A stretch of DNA of 64,000 bases from Ignavibacteriota bacterium (lineage in GTDB: Bacteria; Bacteroidota; Ignavibacteria; UBA10030; CAVZMI01), in NCBI GenBank assembly GCA_963835935.1, contig CAWIHK010000005.1, forward strand, positions 186,467 to 250,466, in the 5' to 3' direction. The notes beneath the pieces were generated by a model. The model had not been told where the DNA came from. It made no database searches and was given only the letters and a program-made list of their open reading frames with translations. Of the stretch, positions 9,761 to 20,300 are shown piece after piece. A program made the position numbers and the translations under genes. Numbering within the stretch: position 1 is the first letter of the stretch; each line of letters starts with the position of its first letter.

Positions 9761-10876
9761 TCATTTCCTATCAAGTAAATATTCTTGCAAAAGCTCCAAT
9801 CCAACTCGAAAATCCTTCCGACCGAATCCCATCCTGAAGTAATTTCCAGGAAAATCGAACAGCGACGACGGCGCAAGGAGTACGCCTTTCGACTCGATCA
9901 ATTGTTTACAAAACTCCTCGACCGAATCCTCGATAAGCAATTCTAAAAAAGCAACTGAACCAGCTCTTGGCTGAAACCATCGTATCCTCCCACTCGTTGC
10001 TTTGGAAAACTCCGTGACGAATTTAAGATTAGATTTGAGAATAGAAAGAAGACGGCCGACGAGTTCGTCTCTCGATCTTAATGCAATGAGAGCAAGGATT
10101 TCGCTTGGTGCACTTGCACAAATTGTGGTGTAATTTTTAAGAAGTGAACAACGATGAAGTAAATCGCGGTTCCTTGTTGCCAACCAGCCTATACGCAGCC
10201 CGGGCAAACCGAATGCTTTCGAAAGACCGGATAGAGCGATTCCTCTTTCTTCGCGGTCAACGATTGACGTAAGCCTGTTGAGCGGCTCATATTCAAGGAA
10301 ACGATACATTTCATCTGAAAAAATCGTGATCCCTCGCTGTGAACATACATTGATGATTTCGTCGAATTCGTTTTGAGTGATTAATGATCCGGTCGGATTA
10401 TGCGGAAAATTCAAAACGACGAGTCTCGTTTTTTCAGTGAATAATTCTTTTAGATCATCGACATAAAACCGCCAAGACTCTTCCTTGCGCGGTTGCCAGA
10501 ATGAAATTTCGCAACCAATAGAATGTGCAATCTCGTACAGTGATTGATATGCAGGCATTGGCGCGATCACATGATCTCCGGGTGAAAGAAGCGCGTTCAT
10601 TGTCAAGAAAATACCTTCTTCCGGTGTAACAACAATAATATCGTCTTCCGATGTGCTTGTATATAATAGAGAGATCTCACGACGAAGAAGCGGATGTCCT
10701 GGTGATTCTGTATAATTGAGCCGGAGATAACGCCATAAATTAGCGCATTCATCATCGGCCATGCTGAGAATATCAGCCAGAGTAAATGCTTCACAGTCGG
10801 AAGCGCAGAGAATGTGAGGCACGGAAAATTCATGACGGGCGAAGTAATGCTCAAGTGCAAATGGACGTATGCGCAT
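9761..10876 (-). CDS. Class I/II PLP-dependent aminotransferase
   Basis: NFPHNPTG, SDEMY, SGLSKAFGLPGLRIGW motifs. Confidence 0.9.
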   Translation of the reverse strand: MRIRPFALEHYFARHEFSVPHILCASDCEAFTLADILSMADDECANLWRYLRLNYTESPGHPLLRREISLLYTSTSEDDIIVVTPEEGIFLTMNALLSPGDHVIAPMPAYQSLYEIAHSIGCEISFWQPRKEESWRFYVDDLKELFTEKTRLVVLNFPHNPTGSLITQNEFDEIINVCSQRGITIFSDEMYRFLEYEPLNRLTSIVDREERGIALSGLSKAFGLPGLRIGWLATRNRDLLHRCSLLKNYTTICASAPSEILALIALRSRDELVGRLLSILKSNLKFVTEFSKATSGRIRWFQPRAGSVAFLELLIEDSVEEFCKQLIESKGVLLAPSSLFDFPGNYFRMGFGRKDFRVGLELLQEYLLDRK

Positions 10877-11040
10877 GTGAATTCTCTTTTATTGTTATTA
10901 TGATATATGAAAGAGAAGTGAGAAAGGCAAGTCGTAAAAAAAAAGAGTGAAAGAAAACAGATGTAAAAAAGGTTGGGGTTTAAGTTCAGGAAAAACATCT
11001 AACATTTGTTTTTCTAAAATAATTTTCCCATTTTTAAAAA

Positions 11041-11370
11041 ATGAAAAAAAGAATATACATCGGTGTTATCTGTGGAGTCCTTGCGGGTATTTTAGATACG
11101 ATCCCGATGATCGCGCAACATCTTAGTTGGGATGCAAATCTTTCTGCATTCAGCTTGTGGGTCGTAGCCGGTACGATGATTGCCACGATCAACTGGAACA
11201 TGAGGCCGATTATCAAAGGTATCATCATTCCATTCCTGATAATGATTCCTACCGTTATCATCATCGCATGGAAGGAACCGATGAGCCTGCTCCAGATACT
11301 GGTTATGACCTTGATACTCGGGAGTCTCTCCGGCATATTAATCGACAAGCTTGTTAAACGACTACTTTAA
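11041..11370 (+). CDS. Small four-TM membrane protein, unknown function
   Basis: 109 aa, hydrophobic segments throughout. Confidence 0.65.
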   Translation: MKKRIYIGVICGVLAGILDTIPMIAQHLSWDANLSAFSLWVVAGTMIATINWNMRPIIKGIIIPFLIMIPTVIIIAWKEPMSLLQILVMTLILGSLSGILIDKLVKRLL

Positions 11371-11475
11371 ATTCTCACAATCTCCACATTTTCCGATTTA
11401 TTAATCATTACAAAAAAACATTCGGACAGACAGTTTTTTATCTCCCGGATGAATTTCTTCAATAAGGAGGGAAAG

Positions 11476-12180
11476 ATGAACCAAGTTGTTGCAAAATTTG
11501 GATTCTGGTCGGCATTTGCATGTTTGGTCGCTTTTGTGATCTGGATTTTTTGTTTCGTTTTGATTCTTAAAACAAATCAGTTGTTTCTCTGGACTAATCT
11601 GGAAGAGTTTATAAAATATAATAAGACGTATAATCAGAATTATAAATACTTTGCTCAATTTGCGATGATGATCGCAGGTATTGCATTTATGATACTATTG
11701 CATTGTATTTATGAAAATCTTCAGGAGAACCGGAAATATTTTTCAAGAATCGCACTTACTTTCGGTGGGATGTTCACACTACTCATTTCAGTTAATTACT
11801 TTATTCAGTTAAGTACAATACGTCTTCATCTAATAAAAGGAAATTTTACAGGACTCGAACAATTTATAATGAGCAATCCTATTTCGGCAATGAATGCGAT
11901 TAATATGCTCGGGTGGACAGTCTTTCTCGGACTGGCTTCGATCTTTATTGCTTCAACATTTCAAACAGGAAAGTTGGAACGTGTTATTCATTACTCGTTT
12001 TTATCAAACGGAATAATATGTTTACTTGGCGGAATTGGTTACGTTCTGAATATTATGGTTATAGTGTTCGTGTGTATGAATATTGGGATGGGTATTTCGA
12101 TGATGATGGCAGCAGTGGGTTCGATCAGATTTTTCGGGAGAGAACTCAAGCGATCCAATATCTTCAGGATGCATTTTTAA
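11476..12180 (+). CDS. Multi-pass membrane protein, unknown function
   Basis: About six hydrophobic helices; AAGGAGG upstream of ATG 11476. Confidence 0.7.
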   Translation: MNQVVAKFGFWSAFACLVAFVIWIFCFVLILKTNQLFLWTNLEEFIKYNKTYNQNYKYFAQFAMMIAGIAFMILLHCIYENLQENRKYFSRIALTFGGMFTLLISVNYFIQLSTIRLHLIKGNFTGLEQFIMSNPISAMNAINMLGWTVFLGLASIFIASTFQTGKLERVIHYSFLSNGIICLLGGIGYVLNIMVIVFVCMNIGMGISMMMAAVGSIRFFGRELKRSNIFRMHF

Positions 12181-12231
12181 TATTATGTTTGATTGTTATT
12201 ATGTCCGAGTGATATATAACCTATAAAAGAA

Positions 12232-12270
12232 AAAAATGCAGGACGTCGTATATCTTTCGTCCTGCATTTT
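12232..12270. terminator. Bidirectional intrinsic terminator
   Basis: AAAATGCAGGACG...CGTCCTGCATTTT between convergent genes. Confidence 0.8.
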
Positions 12271-12296
12271 CTTTCACTCAACGATTATTGATAATA

Positions 12297-14318
12297 TTAG
12301 TGATGAAGGAGCGAGCCGTTCTGCCCAACCGATAACCGGCTTGTTTCCGGGCGCTTCGTTTGCGCTCGATTTGTTACCTTGAACGAATTCACCATAGTTT
12401 GCAAATTACTTGTGAGTGATCGCAAAGTCTCAGCCGCTTGTGCAATCTGTTGAATCCCACTTGATGTTTCTTGAGTGACGGTTGTAATCGCCTCAACATT
12501 CTTCGAAATTTCTTCGCTGGTGACCGACTGTTCTTCGCTTGCCGCCGCAATCTGAGTGACCATATCGGTTACTTTTTGTGACACGGATACAATTTCATCC
12601 AGAGCCGTTCCTGCTTTATCGGTCAATTGGATACCGTTTTCAACTTCCTTCGTTCCCTGCTGCATTGCAGTTACAGCGCCTGAAGTTTCCGATTGAATCT
12701 TCTTTATCATTTGAGCGATTTCTTTTGTGGCTTTTGTCGTTCGTTCAGCAAGTTTGCGCACTTCATCGGCAACAACCGCGAATCCACGTCCCTGTTCTCC
12801 GGCACGCGCCGCTTCGATTGCCGCATTGAGGGCAAGAAGATTTGTCTGGTCGGCAATATCATCGATCACGCTGACAATCTCACCGATTTGATTGCTCGAC
12901 TTACCGAGCTCCTGAATAGTGACTGCAGATTTACGAACTACATCAGCGATACGATTCATTCCGGTGACAGTCTGCCGAACTACATCGCCGCCTTGTTCTG
13001 CAGCATCCTTCGACTTCTTTGCAGTACCGGCCGCTTCGCTCGCATTGCGCGAATTTTCTATGATCGTGCGTGTCATCTCTTCAACGGCTGAAGCAACATC
13101 TCCTGCCTGAGAAGTTTGTTCCTGTGCTCCCGCCGCCATCTGTTCGGTGCTCGATGAAATTTCTGCGCTAACGCCTGTAGTCGATTCGACTGCTTCGAGA
13201 ACTTTTTGGAATGCATTGTCGAGAGATTCAGCTACGGTGTTAATACTCTTCTTCAATAACTCCAGATCGCCATGATATTCCCCTTCCATTCGCACTCTGA
13301 AGTCGCCTGATGCCATAACCGCAAGGACGTCGGCTCCTTCTTTCACAGGAGCTACCAATGCATCGAGAGTATTATTAATTCCTTCAACTATTTCACGATA
13401 ACTTCCTCTGAACTTATCTTCATCTCCACGAGCTTTCAAATTACCGTCGACTACTTCGTTTGTCAAACGATTTGTCTCTTCGATCAAATCGCTGAGTGTA
13501 GAAACCATTCGCTGTAACGCTGGAGCAATTTCATCGTTCGTATCGCGCATTGCGACATTTACGCTTAAATCGCCTTCAGAAATTTTCTGCATTGAACCAA
13601 TCACGTTAAACTGAATATCATCCGCGAATTTATTCATGATGATCATCATGTGGCCAATTTCATCTTCACTTGTAACGGTAACTCTGTTGCCGAGATGACC
13701 TTTTCCCATTTCATCCAGCATATCTGCCGCTTGTTGTGCAGGTTTAGAAATATATCTCGTTGTGATAAACGTGTATACGATAACTCCGATGACACATAGA
13801 ACAAGTGCTACAATAAAAGTAATCCAACGGCTGATAGCGACATCGGAATGTAAGTTTGATTTATCGATACCCAGGATGACCGTGCCTAACCGGTCTTTCC
13901 CGGAAGCGATCGGAGTCGAGATTATAAGAACATCTTCTTCATCAATTGTTTCTTCTTTCGCCGATGCGGCAGTTCGTTGTAATTCTTTATCGTACGGCGC
14001 TGCTTTTTCTTCGTTAAACCCAGTAAGCTCTTTCCCATCCTTTTTTAGCACCACCGTAAAGCTTATGTCGGGAATTTTTGTCAAAGGATTAATGATTCCT
14101 TTAATCGATACTGCATCCTCAAATATCATTCCGGCTTGTGAATTAAGCGCAATAATCTGAGCGATCACCCTTGCTTTGTCCTCCAGATAGGCGGACAATC
14201 CGCTTTTTTGCCTTTGCGGGAAAAAGATCGAGAGAAAAACACCGATGAGAACAAAAATGACAACCGTCAGAAGGATATATTTTTCTCTGATGCGCAATTT
14301 TTGAAAGCGTTTCATCAT
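12297..14318 (-). CDS. Methyl-accepting chemotaxis protein
   Basis: Two TM helices, HAMP repeats, [38 protein letters not shown] signature. Confidence 0.96.
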   Translation of the reverse strand: MMKRFQKLRIREKYILLTVVIFVLIGVFLSIFFPQRQKSGLSAYLEDKARVIAQIIALNSQAGMIFEDAVSIKGIINPLTKIPDISFTVVLKKDGKELTGFNEEKAAPYDKELQRTAASAKEETIDEEDVLIISTPIASGKDRLGTVILGIDKSNLHSDVAISRWITFIVALVLCVIGVIVYTFITTRYISKPAQQAADMLDEMGKGHLGNRVTVTSEDEIGHMMIIMNKFADDIQFNVIGSMQKISEGDLSVNVAMRDTNDEIAPALQRMVSTLSDLIEETNRLTNEVVDGNLKARGDEDKFRGSYREIVEGINNTLDALVAPVKEGADVLAVMASGDFRVRMEGEYHGDLELLKKSINTVAESLDNAFQKVLEAVESTTGVSAEISSSTEQMAAGAQEQTSQAGDVASAVEEMTRTIIENSRNASEAAGTAKKSKDAAEQGGDVVRQTVTGMNRIADVVRKSAVTIQELGKSSNQIGEIVSVIDDIADQTNLLALNAAIEAARAGEQGRGFAVVADEVRKLAERTTKATKEIAQMIKKIQSETSGAVTAMQQGTKEVENGIQLTDKAGTALDEIVSVSQKVTDMVTQIAAASEEQSVTSEEISKNVEAITTVTQETSSGIQQIAQAAETLRSLTSNLQTMVNSFKVTNRAQTKRPETSRLSVGQNGSLLHH

Positions 14319-14391
14319 AAGCTATCGCTCCTCCCATAATGTCTCGGGATTATTCTTTACGTGTCCGCGATTCACGAGCATAAAAAAATCT

Positions 14392-14685
14392 TCATTTGGT
14401 TAAGTGAGAAATTATCTGTCTGGTTGTCTGGAAAAAATGACCTTCTTCTTTTTCGACGAGCTTGTAAAACTCACAGGACAGACAATTTGCGATCTTTGTT
14501 GCGAATGTTCCCTGTACTTTTCCGCCGCATAATGTTCCTGCCAATGCCCAGCACGTTCTGCCGCCATTATTTCCGTGATGAATTCCATTCACACGAAACT
14601 CCATTGCAGCAGGACACACACCTAATTCGGCAGCACGCGCCCCGCCAGGTTGTCTCCCACATTTTTTATATTCCCAACAATCCAT
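14392..14685 (-). CDS. Cys-rich two-CW-type small protein
   Basis: CWEYKKC...CPA...CW...GTLC...CLSCEFY pattern; upstream of MCP. Confidence 0.75.
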   Translation of the reverse strand: MDCWEYKKCGRQPGGARAAELGVCPAAMEFRVNGIHHGNNGGRTCWALAGTLCGGKVQGTFATKIANCLSCEFYKLVEKEEGHFFQTTRQIISHLTK

Positions 14686-14885
14686 TTTTCTCCCGTTAAT
14701 AAATAAAAATGGAGAACCTCACTCATAGACAAAAAGATTTTCTATTCATACAACCATCCAACATTAATTATCGTCAGATTAATGCGCATTCTTTAATAGA
14801 AATTGATAGAATTCCATAAAAGTTGATAAGGGCGAAATGAATTTTCCCCGTCAGAATCTGAATTCAAGGAAAATTCGCGGTTTTC

Positions 14886-14914
14886 TTGACACTTTTCTAG
14901 CAAATCCTTATATT
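14886..14914 (+). promoter_or_regulatory. Sigma70-type promoter of tRNA cluster
   Basis: TTGACA-17 bp-TATTAT about 150 bp upstream of tRNA-Arg. Confidence 0.65.
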
Positions 14915-15060
14915 ATATATTCAATTTCCGTTTGGATGAGAACCTATAATCTCAGAAATCAATTGACAAGAGAAATCAGGATTAGAGGTTGCGCGTTTCA
15001 GAAGACTTCTCGTTGGAACCCGGGAAGAAAAAATTATAACCACGTGAAGGCTTACGAATC

Positions 15061-15134
15061 GACCCCGTAGCTCAACTGGATAGAGCAACAGCCTTCTAAG
15101 CTGTAGGTTACGCGTTCGATTCGCGTCGGGGTCA
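15061..15134 (+). tRNA. tRNA-Arg(UCU)
   Basis: GACCCCG/CGGGGTC acceptor stem, ACAGC-CTTCTAA-GCTGT anticodon arm, GTTCGATT T-loop; CCA not encoded. Confidence 0.95.
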
Positions 15135-15220
15135 CAAGAGTTTGAAGAAAAAAAGTAAAAGTAAAAATTAGAAGATGTGAGAAGGTTTTTCATTTCTTTT
15201 TAATTTTTCCTTTTTACTTG

Positions 15221-15252
15221 TTCAACACGGTGACCATAGTTCAGTTGGTTAG
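15221..15252 (+). repeat. Duplicate of tRNA-His leader and 5' end (31/32 identical to 15363-15394)
   Basis: TTCAACAC/T-GGTGACCATAGTTCAGTTGGTTAG present at both positions. Confidence 0.9.
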
Positions 15253-15370
15253 TCCCATTCCGACTGAACTTCGTGATCCACCAAACGAAGTTCATAGTCG
15301 GAATGAGGATCCGCCGAAGGCGGAAACGCCTGCTACGATGCTTTACGAAAGCATTATTCGGATTCAACAT

Positions 15371-15445
15371 GGTGACCATAGTTCAGTTGGTTAGAACGCC
15401 AGATTGTGGCTCTGGAGGTCGAGGGTTCGACTCCCTCTGGTCACC
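15371..15445 (+). tRNA. tRNA-His(GUG)
   Basis: 8-bp acceptor stem with G-1:C73, CCAGA-TTGTGGC-TCTGG anticodon arm. Confidence 0.95.
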
Positions 15446-15494
15446 CAAGAGAATGCAGATTTAAGATTTAAGATTGAAGATTTGAGATTGAAGG

Positions 15495-15865
15495 GTGGAG
15501 AAACGCCATAATAAGGCCGAGGATCTTAAATCGAGAACAAAAAAGTTTGCACTCTCAATCATTGGAGTGTCAGAAAATTTACAGAAGAGTACTTCTTCCG
15601 AGATTCTGAAAAAACAATTAATTCGTTCCGGAACATCCGTCGGAGCGAATTATCGGTCAGCATGCCGGGCAAAGTCTCGTGCGGACTTTGCAGCAAAGAT
15701 ACGAATCGTGCTTGAAGAAGCCGATGAGACCAATATTGGTTGGAGTTGCTCTTTGAATTACATTTGATTGAAGAAAAAACTTTCATGGAGTTACACAAAG
15801 AAACGGATGAATTAATCTCAATTTTTGTGTCATCTGCCAAGACTGCTTCGAGGATAGAAAAATAA
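15495..15865 (+). pseudogene. Four-helix-bundle protein (TIGR02436/IVP-like), 1-nt frameshift
   Basis: KQLIRSGTSVGANYRSACRAKSRADF...EEADET; adding one base near 15730 restores QYWLELL...ELISIFVSSAKT to TAA 15865. Confidence 0.85.
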
Positions 15866-15902
15866 TATTCACCATTCTTCAATCTGCATTCTTCATTTTC
15901 TA

Positions 15903-15975
15903 GTCCCCATTGTCTAGTGGCCTAGGACATCGCCCTTTCACGGCGGTAACACGAGTTCAAATCTCGTTGGGGACA
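15903..15975 (+). tRNA. tRNA-Glu(UUC)
   Basis: GTCCCCA/TGGGGAC acceptor stem, CTTTCAC anticodon loop, GTTCAAAT T-loop. Confidence 0.95.
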
Positions 15976-16019
15976 CAAGAGAATTTAGAATTAAGATTAC
16001 AGAATGAAGAATGTTTTAG

Positions 16020-16051
16020 AAAAGCCGGAGATCGAAGATTTCTGGCTTTTT
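16020..16051 (+). terminator. Intrinsic terminator after tRNA cluster
   Basis: AAAAGCCGGAGA...TTTCTGGCTTTTT hairpin plus T run. Confidence 0.7.
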
Positions 16052-16316
16052 CATTGTTTGTTTATTGCTTCGATGCGTTTCGTCGCTCATCAATATTTAT
16101 AATCTTCTATCTGGAATCTTCATTTTTTCGATTTCCTTGAAAAAATGTGTAGTTAAAAAAAACTCTTGCTGTATTAAAGAAAAATTTCACTGTATTATCC
16201 AAAATTTGTCATCAGAAAAAGTGTGCGACAATTTGTAACATGCCCTTTATTTATACTTGCGCATTCATCTTTGGGAATCTGGGAATCCATGCCTTTGGCA
16301 CATCCCTTCGGGAGAA

Positions 16317-16573
16317 GTCCCGCCTTGGAGCAATTTAAACAGAGGCGGGACGGTATCTTTATAGAAATCGCAAGATGAAAAAACAAAGCTCCATCTCTCA
16401 TCACCATCGAATAGCGATGGAGCGATATATCTATGTAATCCATTGAAAAACAACTGAGTATCGCTCCGTCGTATGTGACACCACAGTTCGAGACGGAGCT
16501 TTAGCATTTTGATTTCTTATGTTTTCTACGAGGATCACGCTCCACCACTTATACACGGCTGATTTGGTGGAGC
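16317..16573. repeat. Array of four stem-loop units (8-bp covarying stems, 19-21 nt unique loops, 36-39 nt unique spacers)
   Basis: Stems GTCCCGCC/GGCGGGAC, GCTCCATC/GATGGAGC, GCTCCGTC/GACGGAGC, GCTCCACC/GGTGGAGC starting at 16317, 16388, 16463, 16539. Confidence 0.8.
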
Positions 16574-16799
16574 GTTATTCAGTTCCATCTGACAGAGTAA
16601 TCACATTTTTGTCGCAGACCAAACGACAAGAGATTGCTTATTTTTAAAAAGGATGAATTTTAATAACAAACTTGGTATCAATTTTGATAGATGAGTGCCT
16701 GAAGGTGACCTACGTCACATGTATCTAATTATCACTTGACAATAATTGAAATATTTCACATACTCTTTGTGCGCTTATTAAGATTGTATGTCTCTATAA

Positions 16800-16890
16800 T
16801 AATATAGATAGAGACTAAATTGTAATATAGATAGAGACTAAATTGTAATATAGATAGAGACTAAATTGTAATATAGATAGAGACTAAATT
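16800..16890. repeat. Tandem repeat, 23 bp x ~4
   Basis: TAATATAGATAGAGACTAAATTG three times plus a fourth copy lacking the last base. Confidence 0.95.
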
Positions 16891-17081
16891 TGAGTTTGAA
16901 ACGTTATTTTAAAGAATCGCCAAAAGAACATAAACTAAAACTACAAGGGAATATCAGTAGTTTTTTGGGCTAAAGTTTTGCGGCATTATTCCGATACACA
17001 AATAATTGAAAAGAGCCGTTTCCAGGGTGGTTTTTATAGTGGTGGAAAATAAGTGTAAAATGAAAATATTTTTAAAAAAGC

Positions 17082-17110
17082 TTGACTTATTGTATAAGTC
17101 TCGTTATATT
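17082..17110 (+). promoter_or_regulatory. Sigma70-type promoter of the large surface protein
   Basis: TTGACT-17 bp-TATATT about 280 bp upstream of ATG; AGGAGG RBS before 17393. Confidence 0.6.
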
Positions 17111-17392
17111 TTCCAACCAATGCAAGATAACACCGGTTGATCTTGCCGGTCAAGCGAAGGTGTAACAAAAATTCCTGATTATTTCGTTAGTTATTTTATA
17201 AGAATTCTTAAAAGGCAGGAGCTTGAATTTTTAGAGTAAGGTGTATTTTGGTCACAGTAAGTTTTGCCTTGGCGGCAAGAGAAATATTATTATTAAGCGG
17301 GTAAACAGGTGCAATTCAACTATCAATAGATAACTCCATTAATTCGTGTAATCATCAATCCACAAATAGGAAATCATTAAATAGGAGGTAAA

Positions 17393-20300
17393 ATGCTAAA
17401 AACACGTTTCGGTTTTCAAAAAGTCGGATGGATGCCTCTTCTATTGAGCGTCTTGCTTATAGGAGCGTTAGGTATTTCAACCGCGTACGCTGCTGGAGCT
17501 GGGGTGACCTTTTTAAAAGGTGACACCACGTACATTCCGCTACAGCATACTAAGACCACCTACGGCGATTCAGCGAAGTATAAACTCGCCAATATAACAG
17601 TGGTGGAAACTGTTGCGGGAAATTTGATAGCAACCGCGACTGATTCTGTGCAAATTAAACCGCCAGCTAATTATACTTTCGTGACGGATTCTGTTGTGAC
17701 AATAACAGCGTCTCCGGTTGGTGGTTTAAAAATTGATACCACAGGTTTTGCTGCATTAGGTATCGTTCAAACTAGCCAGACTACGGTAAAATTAAAAATG
17801 AAAAATTATATTTCCTTCATGATTAGTACTGTATCATCTGGCACAGCCGATACACTTACGATTAGTGGTTTGTATCTCCAGTCGGCACAGACGGCGGCAA
17901 ATTTTGATTCTACAACGGCTGCATACATCGCGTTCTCGCAAAAGGGTATAGGCGCGAACTCAGCTAATCTCAGCAAACTTATTGCTCTTCCGGGTGCGTA
18001 TAATAAGATAGCTATGATACAAGATCCAGCAGGTGAGTATTACGCTGGAGAAAATGATATAACAGCTATCATTAAATTAGAAGATGCGGCTGGGAATGCA
18101 GTAGTGAGTGGTAGTGTGATACCCAACGTAAAAGCAGTTCTTAATGGAACAAGCACGCAAGGAAACGGCACTTTATCGGGAACTACAACTGTTACGAGAA
18201 GTGATCGCAAGGACTCTGTTACCTATACAGCGATGGCATATACCAAAGCGGAGAACATTCAATTAGTTTTCACTGCTCCTGGAAATACGCTTACATCAGG
18301 TGAACTCCATATTTACCCAGGTGATCCGGCAAACATTTCAGTTTCGTTGTTGAGCGGGAAAGACACGTTGACAGTAGATCAGACAGTGTCTTATACGTTA
18401 ACAGTTACTGACCAATATTATAACCCGGTTCTAGATGATTGGATAATTGACGCTAATGAAGCGACACCTCATGGTGCAGTAATAAGTTTAAGTGGTGAGA
18501 CAGGTCAGTCCCCATTTACAAGTCTCAGTGGTCAACTTAGCGCTACGTTTGCTCCAAGTAAGTACTTTGTGGGACTTGACACAATTGTATTTACATCAAG
18601 TAGTTATGATGGTAAAGTAACAAAATCTCATAATTTAAAATCACCCACAATAAAAATATCGGGTGCAACACAGTTACAACCCGTTTTGATTACACACGGT
18701 GCAATTGGCGGAATAATAGTTGATTATTCAAACGATGTTAACAACGCTACTGTAACAGAAGCTATAGGTGCAGGAAAGCAGATTTATGCTCGTGCTTTCT
18801 TACGCGACACTTATGGAAACCCGATAGATTTTACAAGTCCAGCGGCAAGTACCTTCACAATCTCAGGCAAGCTTGGTAAAAGCACTTCCCTTGGCACACC
18901 TGGATTGACAAACGCTATTGTAGAATCGGGATATCCTAACACAGTAAAGACTGCTGTAGGTATTGCGATTCCTTATACGATCTCTACAAATGTTAGAGCA
19001 GAAGTAAAGGAAAATAATATTAAATCGAACGGAAAAGCTCCGAAGGTTCTCACTTCAACTCTATTACCCGACAGTATCCTTGTCGCTTCTAATGGTTACA
19101 ATCTGACCCTAACAATTCAGAATCGAAGCGATATTCCTGCAAAACTGAGTGCAACTGCGACCACTGGCGACAGTTCGCTTGTTGCTTCATTGTATGCAAC
19201 CAGCTTGACAGTAACTGATACTGTTTGGGATCAATACGGCAATCTATGCAACGATCCCGGCGCAGTCAAAGTATCTCCTCTTGAAAGCGCTTATGATATA
19301 TTTGCGTCAACAAGCGGATTTGCTAAGTTCGTAAGAGCTAAGGATACTACTGCTGCCGATACGCTGCTTCCCAGCGCTGGAGTAGTTACCAGAACCGTAT
19401 CGCCCAGCACAGTGTCTGGTGCCGACAATGTTGTTTTAGTTGCCGCATCAAGTTCATCACTTACAAAATCAACGCCTATTTGGGTAACCCCTGCGGCATT
19501 CGCGAAGATTGCTATTACACCTAAAAAAGATACAACAGCAATTGCCGGACAGACCGTAACGTTTAACGTTGAAAAACAGGATCAGTATGGCAACCACATC
19601 GACTTAGGTTTGGCTGGCGGTAATTTACGCGGACATCTTCCTTCGACAACCAAACCGGATTCTGCTAGTGTAGCTGCAGATTCTGCTGCGCTGTCTGCAG
19701 ATACAGTGTCGACTGGCAGTAACCGTGGCGGTGTTGTGACTATTTCAAAGAGAGCCACTGCCGGCAAAGCCGGAGTTGCAAGCGTTGGCGGTACACTTGT
19801 AGCAACGTTCCCATTCACAACTTATGTTGCCGGTGCAGATACGCAGAAAGTATATGCGACCATTGGTGCATATAGTGATACGGCTTTAGTAAGATCTGCA
19901 GCGACAGGCTCTTTGAGTAGCTTTAAGATAGAAATTGCGGCTGCTGATTCAATCCATCATGCAGGTGACGTTGTTACTATTACAGTTACTGCGCAAGATG
20001 CAGCGAGCAACCGTATTTATACGTATATTAGCGGCGGCCAGAAACTTGTTTTGAACCACACAGGCGTCAAAGCTATTACTACTGCGGATTCAACTTTCTA
20101 CTTCACTTACATCAGAAATCACAAGGGCGTAGTTAAAGCCGGTGATACCCTGACAGTAAATGGTAACAGTATTCCCGACACTGTGTTTGTACAGGGTCAG
20201 GCAAAGTTCTCCTTGCACAAGTTCACTGCAGAAGATAGCATCAACACGGTGAGTATTAGCACTGTCGGCGGTGCATTCAAAGCTACTAGCGCTAGTGGCG

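Noticed and set aside
14915-15060. Riboswitch upstream of tRNA or MCP genes
   Set aside because: No recognisable c-di-GMP or other riboswitch consensus.
16195-16507. Two 80-aa minus-strand ORFs over the hairpin array
   Set aside because: No recognisable motifs or RBS; overlap a structured repeat.
16317-16573. Canonical CRISPR array
   Set aside because: Repeat centres share no sequence identity and no cas genes are present; kept only as an unexplained hairpin array.
16206-16629. TTGTC...GACAA palindromes on both sides of the array
   Set aside because: Arms only 5-6 bp with different spacing (16 vs 9 nt); expected by chance.
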